Positions 10,662-19,008 of a stretch of 64,000 nt of DNA are shown here, in pieces. Each line of letters begins with the position of its first letter. Position 1 is the stretch's first letter. The notes beneath the pieces are model-generated. The model was not told the DNA's origin, searched no databases, and saw only the letters and a list, made by a program, of their open reading frames with translations. The stretch lies in the NCBI RefSeq assembly GCF_017348835.2, contig NZ_CP071375.1. One strand, given 5' to 3'. Both the position numbers and the translations under genes were made by a program. Source of the stretch: Escherichia coli. Lineage in GTDB: Bacteria > Pseudomonadota > Gammaproteobacteria > Enterobacterales > Enterobacteriaceae.

Positions 10662-12698
10662 ATGGATACGCCACGCCCACAATTACCAGATTTTCAGTTT
10701 CATCAGAATAACGACAGTTTTACCCTACATTTTCAACAGCGTCTTATTTTAACCCATAGCAAAGATAATCCTTGTTTATGGATTGGTTCAGGTATTGCGG
10801 ATATCGATATGTTCCGCGGCAATTTCAGCATTAAAGATAAACTACAGGAGAAAATTGCGCTTACCGACGCCATCGTCAGCCAGTCACCGGATGGTTGGTT
10901 AATCCATTTCAGCCGTGGTTCTGACATTAGCGCCACGCTGAATATCTCTGCCGACGATCAGGGCCGTTTATTGCTGGAACTACAAAACGACAACCTTAAC
11001 CACAACCGTATCTGGCTGCGCCTTGCCGCTCAACCAGAGGACCATATCTACGGCTGCGGCGAACAGTTTTCCTACTTCGATCTGCGTGGCAAACCGTTCC
11101 CGCTATGGACCAGTGAACAAGGCGTTGGTCGCAACAAACAAACCTATGTCACCTGGCAGGCCGACTGCAAAGAAAATGCGGGCGGCGACTATTACTGGAC
11201 TTTCTTCCCGCAGCCTACGTTTGTCAGCACGCAGAAGTATTACTGCCATGTTGATAACAGTTGCTATATGAACTTCGACTTTAGTGCCCCGGAATACCAT
11301 GAACTGGCGCTGTGGGAAGACAAAGCAACGCTGCGTTTTGAATGTGCTGATACATACATCTCCCTGCTGGAAAAATTAACCGCGCTGCTGGGACGCCAGC
11401 CAGAACTGCCCGACTGGATTTATGACGGAGTAACGCTCGGCATTCAGGGCGGCACTGAGGTGTGCCAGAAGAAACTGGATACCATGCGTAACGCGGGCGT
11501 GAAGGTCAACGGCATCTGGGCGCAGGACTGGTCCGGGATCCGTATGACCTCTTTTGGCAAACGCGTAATGTGGAACTGGAAGTGGAACAGCGAAAACTAC
11601 CCGCAACTGGATTCGCGTATCAAGCAGTGGAACAAAGAGGGCGTGCAGTTCCTTGCCTATATCAACCCGTATGTTGCCAGTGATAAAGATCTCTGCGAAG
11701 AGGCGGCAAAGCGCGGTTATCTGGCAAAAGATGTCGCCGGTGGCGACTATCTGGTGGAGTTTGGCGAGTTCTACGGCGGCGTTGTCGATCTCACCAATCC
11801 GGAAGCCTACGCCTGGTTCAAGGAAGTTATCAAAAAGAACATGATTGAACTCGGCTGCGGCGGCTGGATGGCTGACTTCGGCGAGTATCTGCCCACCGAC
11901 ACGTACCTGCATAACGGCATCAGCGCGGAAATTATGCATAACGCCTGGCCCGCGCTGTGGGCGAAATGTAACTACGAAGCCCTTGAAGAAACGGGCAAGC
12001 TCGGCGAGATCCTCTTCTTTATGCGCGCCGGTTCTACCGGTAGCCAGAAATACTCCACCATGATGTGGGCGGGAGACCAGAACGTCGACTGGAGTCTGGA
12101 CGATGGCCTTGCGTCCGTTGTCCCGGCGGCGCTGTCGCTGGCAATGACCGGACATGGTCTGCATCACAGCGACATTGGCGGTTATACCACCCTGTTTGAG
12201 ATGAAGCGCAGCAAAGAGCTGCTGTTGCGCTGGTGCGATTTCAGCGCCTTCACGCCGATGATGCGCACCCACGAAGGTAACCGTCCGGGCGACAACTGGC
12301 AGTTTGACGGCGACGCGGAAACTATCGCCCATTTCGCCCGTATGACCACCGTCTTCACCACCCTGAAACCTTACCTGAAAGAGGCCGTCGCGCTGAATGC
12401 GAAGTCCGGCCTGCCGGTTATGCGCCCGCTGTTCCTGCATTACGAAGACGACGCGCAGACCTATTCCCTGAAATATCAGTACCTGTTAGGTCGCGACATT
12501 CTGGTTGCTCCGGTACACGAAGAAGGTCGCAGCGACTGGACGCTCTATCTGCCAGAGGATAACTGGGTCCACGCCTGGACCGGAGAAACCTTCCACGGTG
12601 GAGAAATAACTGTTGAAGCGCCCATCGGCAAGCCGCCGGTCTTTTATCGCGCCGACAGCGAATGGGCTGCACTGTTCGCCTCGTTAAAAAGCATCTAA
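10662..12698 (+). CDS. yihQ: GH31 family sulfoquinovosidase
   Basis: 678-aa ORF, glycoside hydrolase family 31 features; recognised YihQ. Confidence 0.88.
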   Translation: MDTPRPQLPDFQFHQNNDSFTLHFQQRLILTHSKDNPCLWIGSGIADIDMFRGNFSIKDKLQEKIALTDAIVSQSPDGWLIHFSRGSDISATLNISADDQGRLLLELQNDNLNHNRIWLRLAAQPEDHIYGCGEQFSYFDLRGKPFPLWTSEQGVGRNKQTYVTWQADCKENAGGDYYWTFFPQPTFVSTQKYYCHVDNSCYMNFDFSAPEYHELALWEDKATLRFECADTYISLLEKLTALLGRQPELPDWIYDGVTLGIQGGTEVCQKKLDTMRNAGVKVNGIWAQDWSGIRMTSFGKRVMWNWKWNSENYPQLDSRIKQWNKEGVQFLAYINPYVASDKDLCEEAAKRGYLAKDVAGGDYLVEFGEFYGGVVDLTNPEAYAWFKEVIKKNMIELGCGGWMADFGEYLPTDTYLHNGISAEIMHNAWPALWAKCNYEALEETGKLGEILFFMRAGSTGSQKYSTMMWAGDQNVDWSLDDGLASVVPAALSLAMTGHGLHHSDIGGYTTLFEMKRSKELLLRWCDFSAFTPMMRTHEGNRPGDNWQFDGDAETIAHFARMTTVFTTLKPYLKEAVALNAKSGLPVMRPLFLHYEDDAQTYSLKYQYLLGRDILVAPVHEEGRSDWTLYLPEDNWVHAWTGETFHGGEITVEAPIGKPPVFYRADSEWAALFASLKSI

Positions 12699-12743
12699 TC
12701 ATGTCCGCCCGTGGGGAAACTCACGGGCACAGGGAGAACAAAG

Positions 12744-14129
12744 ATGAGTCACATCACAACGGAAGATCCAGCAACTTTACGCTTGCCCTTTAAAGAGAAA
12801 CTCTCTTACGGTATTGGCGACCTGGCCTCTAACATTTTGCTGGATATCGGCACGCTTTATCTTTTGAAATTTTATACCGACGTTCTGGGGCTGCCTGGCA
12901 CCTATGGCGGCATTATCTTTTTGATCTCGAAATTCTTTACTGCGTTTACGGATATGGGTACCGGCATCATGCTGGATTCCCGACGCAAGATCGGTCCAAA
13001 AGGTAAGTTCCGTCCTTTTATTCTGTATGCGTCATTCCCGGTCACCTTACTGGCAATCGCCAACTTTATCGGCACGCCGTTTGACGTCACCGGTAAAACG
13101 GTGATGGCCACCATCCTGTTTATGCTCTACGGACTGTTTTTCAGCATGATGAACTGCCCCTATGGCGCAATGGTTCCCGCCATTACCAAAAACCCCAACG
13201 AACGCGCATCGCTGGCGGCATGGCGTCAGGGTGGTGCTACATTGGGCCTGCTGCTGTGTACAGTGGGATTCGTGCCGGTGATGAACCTTATCGAAGGTAA
13301 TCCGCAACTGAGCTACGTTTTCGCCGCCACGCTATTTTCACTGTTCGGCCTGCTGTTTATGTGGATCTGCTACTCGGGCGTGAAAGAGCGTTATGTCGAA
13401 ACCCAACCTGCTAATCAGGCGCAAAAGCCAGGCTTGCTGCAATCTTTCCGCGCAATTGCCGGTAACCGCCCACTGTTCATTCTGTGTATTGCCAACCTCT
13501 GCACCTTAGGGGCGTTTAACGTCAAGCTCGCCATTCAGGTCTATTACACCCAGTACGTGCTTAACGATCCCATCCTGTTGTCGTATATGGGATTTTTTAG
13601 CATGGGCTGTATTTTCATCGGCGTGTTCCTGATGCCTGGCGCAGTTAGACGTTTTGGTAAGAAGAAGGTCTATATCGGCGGCCTGCTGATTTGGGTGTTG
13701 GGCGATCTGCTCAACTATTTCTTCGGCGGCGGTTCGGTCAGCTTCGTGGCGTTCTCCTGCCTGGCATTCTTCGGCTCAGCGTTTGTTAACAGCCTGAACT
13801 GGGCGCTGGTTTCCGACACCGTCGAGTACGGCGAGTGGCGTACCGGCGTTCGTTCGGAAGGTACGGTCTACACCGGTTTCACCTTCTTTCGCAAAGTGTC
13901 TCAGGCGCTGGCTGGTTTCTTCCCCGGCTGGATGCTGACGCAAATCGGTTATGTGCCGAACGTGGCGCAGGCTGACCACACCATTGAAGGGTTGCGCCAG
14001 CTGATCTTCATCTACCCAAGCGCACTGGCGGTAGTCACCATTGTGGCGATGGGCTGCTTCTACAGCCTGAACGAGAAGATGTATGTCCGCATTGTTGAAG
14101 AAATAGAAGCCCGTAAACGCACGGCGTAA
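12744..14129 (+). CDS. yihP: GPH-family (sugar:cation symporter) transporter YihP
   Basis: ORF 12711-14129; start placed at MSHITTED after SD agggaga; 12-TM GPH-type sequence. Confidence 0.82.
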   Translation: MSHITTEDPATLRLPFKEKLSYGIGDLASNILLDIGTLYLLKFYTDVLGLPGTYGGIIFLISKFFTAFTDMGTGIMLDSRRKIGPKGKFRPFILYASFPVTLLAIANFIGTPFDVTGKTVMATILFMLYGLFFSMMNCPYGAMVPAITKNPNERASLAAWRQGGATLGLLLCTVGFVPVMNLIEGNPQLSYVFAATLFSLFGLLFMWICYSGVKERYVETQPANQAQKPGLLQSFRAIAGNRPLFILCIANLCTLGAFNVKLAIQVYYTQYVLNDPILLSYMGFFSMGCIFIGVFLMPGAVRRFGKKKVYIGGLLIWVLGDLLNYFFGGGSVSFVAFSCLAFFGSAFVNSLNWALVSDTVEYGEWRTGVRSEGTVYTGFTFFRKVSQALAGFFPGWMLTQIGYVPNVAQADHTIEGLRQLIFIYPSALAVVTIVAMGCFYSLNEKMYVRIVEEIEARKRTA

Positions 14130-14171
14130 TAATAATAAACAACGCCCTGCGGGGCGTTATAAGGAGTGATT

Positions 14172-14694
14172 ATGTCTGACCATAATCCACTGACATTAAA
14201 ACTGAATCTGCGGGAAAAAATCGCCTATGGTATGGGCGACGTCGGTTCGAATTTAATGCTTAGCATCGGTACTCTGTATCTCCTCAAATTTTATACCGAT
14301 GAATTAGGGATGCCAGCTTACTATGGCGGGATTATCTTTCTGGTGGCGAAGTTTTTTACCGCGTTTACCGATATGCTCACCGGATTTTTACTCGACTCGC
14401 GGAAAAATATTGGGCCTAAAGGCAAATTTCGTCCCTTTATTTTATATGCAGCGGTTCCGGCGGCGTTAATTGCAACGCTCCAGTTTATCGCCACCACCTT
14501 TAGTTTGCCGGTTAAAACGACGATTGCCACCGCGCTGTTTATGATGTTTGGACTTTCATACAGTCTGATGAACTGCTCGTATGGTGCGATGATCCCGGCA
14601 ATTACCAAAAACCCGAATGAGCGCGCGCAGCTCGCGGCTTACCGCCAGGGTGGTGCAACCATAGGGCTATTGATTTGTACCGTGGCGTTTATTC
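14172..14694 (+). pseudogene. yihO: yihO (GPH-family sulfoquinovose transporter) 5' fragment, truncated after about 174 codons by IS629
   Basis: SD aaggag then ATG 14172; paralogous to yihP over the N-terminus; reading frame runs into the IS629 left inverted repeat at 14695 and terminates inside the IS. Confidence 0.8.
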
Positions 14695-14748
14695 TGAACC
14701 GCCCCGGAAATCCTGGAGACTAAACTCCCTGAGAAAGAGGTAAACAGG

Positions 14749-15075
14749 ATGACTAAAAATACTCGTTTTTCCCCCGAAGTCCGTCAGCGGGCGATTCGTA
14801 TGGTTCTGGAAAGTCAGGATGAATATGACTCACAGTGGGCGGCAATTTGTTCCATTGCCCCAAAGATTGGCTGTACGCCGGAGACTCTGCGTGTCTGGGT
14901 TCGCCAGCATGAGCGGGATACCGGGAGTGGTGATGGTGGACTCACCACCGCTGAACGTCAGCGTCTGAAAGAGCTGGAACGTGAAAATCGTGAACTGCGC
15001 CGCAGTAACGATATCCTTCGCCAGGCTTCCGCTTATTTTGCGAAGGCGGAGTTCGACCGCCTCTGGAAAAAATAA
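14749..15075 (+). CDS. IS629 transposase OrfA (HTH/leucine-zipper component)
   Basis: 108-aa [26 protein letters not shown]... recognised as IS629/IS1203-type OrfA; A6 run 15067-15072 is the likely programmed -1 frameshift site. Confidence 0.85.
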   Translation: MTKNTRFSPEVRQRAIRMVLESQDEYDSQWAAICSIAPKIGCTPETLRVWVRQHERDTGSGDGGLTTAERQRLKELERENRELRRSNDILRQASAYFAKAEFDRLWKK

Positions 15076-15962
15076 TGCCACTGCTGGATAAGCTGCGTGA
15101 GCAGTACGGGGGCGGACCGGTATGCAGCGAACTGCATATTGCCCCGTCAACGTATTACCATTGTCAGCAACAGCGACATCATCCGGATAAACGCAGTGCC
15201 CGTGCGCAGCACGATGACTGGCTGAAGAAAGAGATACAGCGCGTATACGATGAAAATCACCAGGTATACGGTGTGCGTAAAGTCTGGCGTCAGTTGTTAC
15301 GGGAAGGTATCAGAGTGGCCAGATGCACTGTGGCACGTCTCATGGCAGTTATGGGACTTGCCGGTGTTCTCCGGGGTAAAAAGGTCCGCACTACCGTCAG
15401 CCGGAAAGCCGTTGCCGCATGCGACCGCGTAAACCGTCAGTTCGTGGCAGAACGTCCAGACCAGTTGTGGGTGGCTGATTTTACCTGGGTAAGCACATGG
15501 CAGGGCTTCGTTTATGTGGCGTTCATCATTGATGTGTTCGCCGGATACATCGTGGGATGGCAGGTCTCATCATCCATGGAAACAACATTCGTGCTGGATG
15601 CACTGGAGCAGGCGTTGTGGGCCCGTCGGCCGTCCGGCACAATCCATCACAGTGATAAAGGTTCTCAGTATGTATCGCTGGCCTACACGCAGCGGCTTAA
15701 GGAAGCCGGATTACTGGCATCAACAGGGAGTACTGGCGACTCGTATGACAACGCGATGGCTGAGAGCATCAATGGTCTTTACAAAGCGGAGGTAATACAC
15801 CGTAAGAGCTGGAAAAACCGGACAGAAGTGGAACTGGCCACACTAACGTGGGTGGACTGGTATAACAATCGACGATTGCTGGAAAGGCTGGGCCATATTC
15901 CTCCGGCAGAAGCAGAAAAAGCTTATTATGCTTCCATCGGAAATAATGATCTGGCAGCCTGA
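15075..15962 (+). CDS. IS629 transposase OrfB (DDE catalytic domain)
   Basis: 295-aa ORF in -1 frame relative to OrfA; ATG overlaps OrfA stop (TAATG). Confidence 0.85.
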   Translation: MPLLDKLREQYGGGPVCSELHIAPSTYYHCQQQRHHPDKRSARAQHDDWLKKEIQRVYDENHQVYGVRKVWRQLLREGIRVARCTVARLMAVMGLAGVLRGKKVRTTVSRKAVAACDRVNRQFVAERPDQLWVADFTWVSTWQGFVYVAFIIDVFAGYIVGWQVSSSMETTFVLDALEQALWARRPSGTIHHSDKGSQYVSLAYTQRLKEAGLLASTGSTGDSYDNAMAESINGLYKAEVIHRKSWKNRTEVELATLTWVDWYNNRRLLERLGHIPPAEAEKAYYASIGNNDLAA

Positions 15963-16004
15963 GTTCACAGATAAAACACTCTCCAGGAAACCCGGGGCGG
16001 TTCA

Positions 16005-16223
16005 ATGGGCAGAATTTTACTCGATTTATCCGATGAGGTGATTAAGCGACTTGATGATCTCGAGGTGCAGCGTAATCTTCCTCGTGCGGACCTATTAAGG
16101 GAAGCGGTAGATCAATACCTGATAAATCAATCGCAAACAGCAAGAACCAGTGTTCCTGGCATCTGGCAAGGGTGTGAGGAAGATGGTGTCGAATATCAGC
16201 GTAAGCTGCGCGAGGAATGGTAA
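16005..16223 (+). CDS. yiiE: small ribbon-helix-helix (CopG-like) protein YiiE
   Basis: 72-aa [24 protein letters not shown]...; ATG immediately follows the last base of IS629. Confidence 0.65.
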   Translation: MGRILLDLSDEVIKRLDDLEVQRNLPRADLLREAVDQYLINQSQTARTSVPGIWQGCEEDGVEYQRKLREEW

Positions 16224-16272
16224 TGGGAAAAAATGATGTCAATCAGATTGCTGACAACGTGCGCGTTGTTCA

Positions 16273-16372
16273 TGCCGGATGCGGCGTGAACGCCTTATCC
16301 GGCCTACAAAGTCGTATAAATTCAATGTATTGCAGTTTATTGGTAGGCCTGATAAGCACAGCGCATCAGGCA
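16273..16372. repeat. REP/BIME palindromic units (pair)
   Basis: gccggatgcggcgtgaacgccttatccggcctaca and ggtaggcctgataagcacagcgcatcaggca read directly. Confidence 0.75.
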
Positions 16373-16535
16373 ATCTTACGCTTGTCATCAGTCTCATGCC
16401 CATAACCTTATTGATGTGGTGGTGGGTAAATTGGCGGCATAGCTTGAGGTGGTAACGCGGAATACGAGAGATGGTGTCGTCACACCCTATGAGCTGTAAT
16501 CCGGGCGACCAGCGCCACCCGGAAAACGTCAGAGA

Positions 16536-17465
16536 TTACTCCCCTTCACCCGGAAACAGGAACGGGTTGATGGAACTGCGGGCATAGCCTTCTTGCTCCA
16601 TTCGTGCGTCCAGTACCAGAGAGGCGAGGTCATCTGCTACGGCTTCGATTTTTGGATCTTTTTCCTGATAGAGAATTTTCAGGTAAGTGCCGCAGTCATC
16701 GCAGCTTTCGGCTTTAATCGCGGCCTGTTCGTCATCCAGCGACCAGTAATGCAGTTTGCCGCTCTGCTCGCAGTTGCTGCATTTTACGCGCACTACGTGC
16801 CATTCGGTTTCACACAGGTTGCAGTGCAGGTAACGCAGACCCTGAGTGGTGCCAATTTGCACCATGCTGGACACCGGCATAGAGCCACATACCGGGCAAT
16901 ATTGACGTTGTTCGCCGTATTCAGCGCGGGCTTTGCCGGGGATCAGATTGGCCATCTGCGCCCAGTAGAGCGACAGCGCAGCCCAGATAAACGGCGCTTT
17001 ATCGCTGCTGACGGACGAGAAATCAGAGGCAAACAGCGCGCTGGCCATATCTTCCAGCTCCTGAGTCGATGCCTTCTCCAGATTCTCAATCACTGCCAGC
17101 GCCGGGCCGCTCATTTCAGGTTTCAGCTCAGCAATTAGCGCCATCAGCAGCTTTTGCCAGTGCTTATCACGCGGCAGAACGTGAATATCCAGCGGGGGCT
17201 TGCCCTGTGCGCTGGCTTCTTTAATGCGCGCGGTCAGATCCATCTCCAGCGGATGGTCGTACAGCACCACTTCCTGGGCGTGGGCGATAAGCGCAGCAAA
17301 GCGCAGGTAATCACCCAGCGGATTATTTTCTGCCAGCTCGCGCAGACGCTCGGCGCGGCGGTTGTATAAATTCTTGAGCCGAGGGAACAATAACGGCGGA
17401 ATCATATCCGCCGTACGTTTCTCGCTCGAACCCAGCTCATCTTGCGGGATTATGCGAATACTCAT
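16536..17465 (-). CDS. fdhE: formate dehydrogenase accessory protein FdhE
   Basis: 309-aa ORF with multiple CxxC pairs; recognised FdhE. Confidence 0.92.
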   Translation of the reverse strand: MSIRIIPQDELGSSEKRTADMIPPLLFPRLKNLYNRRAERLRELAENNPLGDYLRFAALIAHAQEVVLYDHPLEMDLTARIKEASAQGKPPLDIHVLPRDKHWQKLLMALIAELKPEMSGPALAVIENLEKASTQELEDMASALFASDFSSVSSDKAPFIWAALSLYWAQMANLIPGKARAEYGEQRQYCPVCGSMPVSSMVQIGTTQGLRYLHCNLCETEWHVVRVKCSNCEQSGKLHYWSLDDEQAAIKAESCDDCGTYLKILYQEKDPKIEAVADDLASLVLDARMEQEGYARSSINPFLFPGEGE

Positions 17466-18097
17466 TCAGCTTTCTTTTCCGTTGTCTTGCGGACCTCACG
17501 GTACCAGCGCGGGTGATGTTTCTTCGCCCAGGCGCTGGTAACCCATCCTTCCACCATGGCGGTAATCGTGCCTTTCACCCAAAGGGCGGCGTAGATATGC
17601 ACCATGATAACCACAATTAACGCCACTGCGGCAAATGAATGCAGCATTAACGCGAATCGGATCACCGGGATTGAGAAAGCAGGCGCAAAATAAGGACGCC
17701 AGATAATCACGCCGCTCACCAGCAGCAGAACCAGGAAAATAATCGCCGCCCAGAAAACGCATTTCTGACCGAAGTTATAACGCCCGGTGTCACCTACTTC
17801 CTCGTTGACGACGATCTTACGAATATTCTTCGCCCAAAAGATATCATCCCGATTGATTAGGTTGTGATGCCAGTAACGGAAAAACATGATGATGAACGAG
17901 GCAAACATAACCACGCCGACAAACGGGTGCAGAATTCGCGCCAGCTGCGGTGTGCCCATGATTTGCATCAACCAGTTGAAGGACGGGAACAAAAAGCCCA
18001 GCCCGCTCACCGCCGCCAGGATGAAGCAGAAGGCGGTGATCCAGTGGTTGATACGTTCCGGCGCGGTGTAGCGCACGATGGTGTCACGTCGTTTCAT
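17462..18097 (-). CDS. fdoI: formate dehydrogenase-O cytochrome b556 subunit
   Basis: 211-aa 4-TM ORF; overlaps fdhE and fdoH by 4 bp. Confidence 0.92.
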
Positions 18098-18996
18098 TTG
18101 CGCTCCTCGTCTTTCTCTTCGTGCAGATTATTCTCTTCCTCATCCGCACGGTTCGGACCGACACCCACGTAGTGGAAGATACTGGCTGCGAAGGTAGCCG
18201 CAAAGCCAACAGCTGCGAGCGGTTTCCAGATGCCTTTCCAGAATTTCACGGTTTCGCTGATTTCCGGGTTCTCCGGCAAGCCATGATACAGATTTGGCTT
18301 GTCAGCATGGTGCAGCACGTACATAACGTGTGTACCACCGACGCCTGCCGGATCGTACAGACCCGCATTGTCGTAACCGCGGGTTTTCAGCTCAGCAACG
18401 CGCTCGCTCGCCAGCGTTTTCATCGACTCTTTCGTACCGAAGTGAATCGCGCCCGTTGGGCAGGTCTTCACGCAGGCTGGTTCTTGCCCAACCACCACGC
18501 GGTCAACGCACAGCGTACATTTGTAGACGCGGTTGTCTTCCGGGTTGAGGCGCGGAATGTCGAACGGACAGCCCGCAATGCAATAACCGCAGCCAATGCA
18601 CTGCTCGGACTGGAAGTCGACGATACCGTTGGCATACTGAATAATTGCACCTTCCGCCGGGCACGCTTTCAGGCAGCCTGGATCGGAACAGTGCATACAG
18701 CCGTCTTTGCGGATCAGCCATTCCAGTTTGTCGTTCTGCTCCACTTCTGAGAAGCGCATCACCGTCCACGATTTGGCGCTTAAATCATTGGGGTTGTCGT
18801 ACACCCCAATGTTATTGCCGACGGTATCGCGAATGTCGTTCCACTCTGAACACGCCACCTGACAGGCTTTACAGCCGATACAGGTGGTGACGTCGATGAG
18901 TTTCGCCACTTCTTCCTGGAAGTCCCGCGCCTGAGGCGCGGGGGTCAGACCGTTAGTCGCGGAACGACGAATGATATCTTGCGATTGATAAGCCAT
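18094..18996 (-). CDS. fdoH: formate dehydrogenase-O iron-sulfur subunit
   Basis: 300-aa ORF with four ferredoxin-type CxxCxxCxxxCP clusters. Confidence 0.92.
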
Positions 18997-19008
18997 ATGT
19001 CGTCTCCG

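Larger units (their letters stand above)
14695..16004 (+). mobile_element. IS629 (IS3 family), complete 1310-bp copy
   Basis: Terminal inverted repeats TGAACCGCCCCGGAAATCCTGGAGA at 14695 and its reverse complement ending GGTTCA at 16004; two overlapping transposase ORFs; no matching direct repeat on the two flanks (left ...TTATTC, right ATGGGC...). Confidence 0.88.

Noticed and set aside
14141-14158. Hairpin aacgccctgcggggcgtt after yihP as a terminator separating yihP from yihO
   Set aside because: No T-run follows, and yihO has its own SD only 3 nt downstream; more likely an mRNA structural element within the operon.
16262-16385. Possible CRISPR-like or mobile repeat cluster
   Set aside because: The units are classic REP/BIME palindromes (GCCGGATGCGGCG...), with no regular spacer array and no cas genes anywhere in the window.
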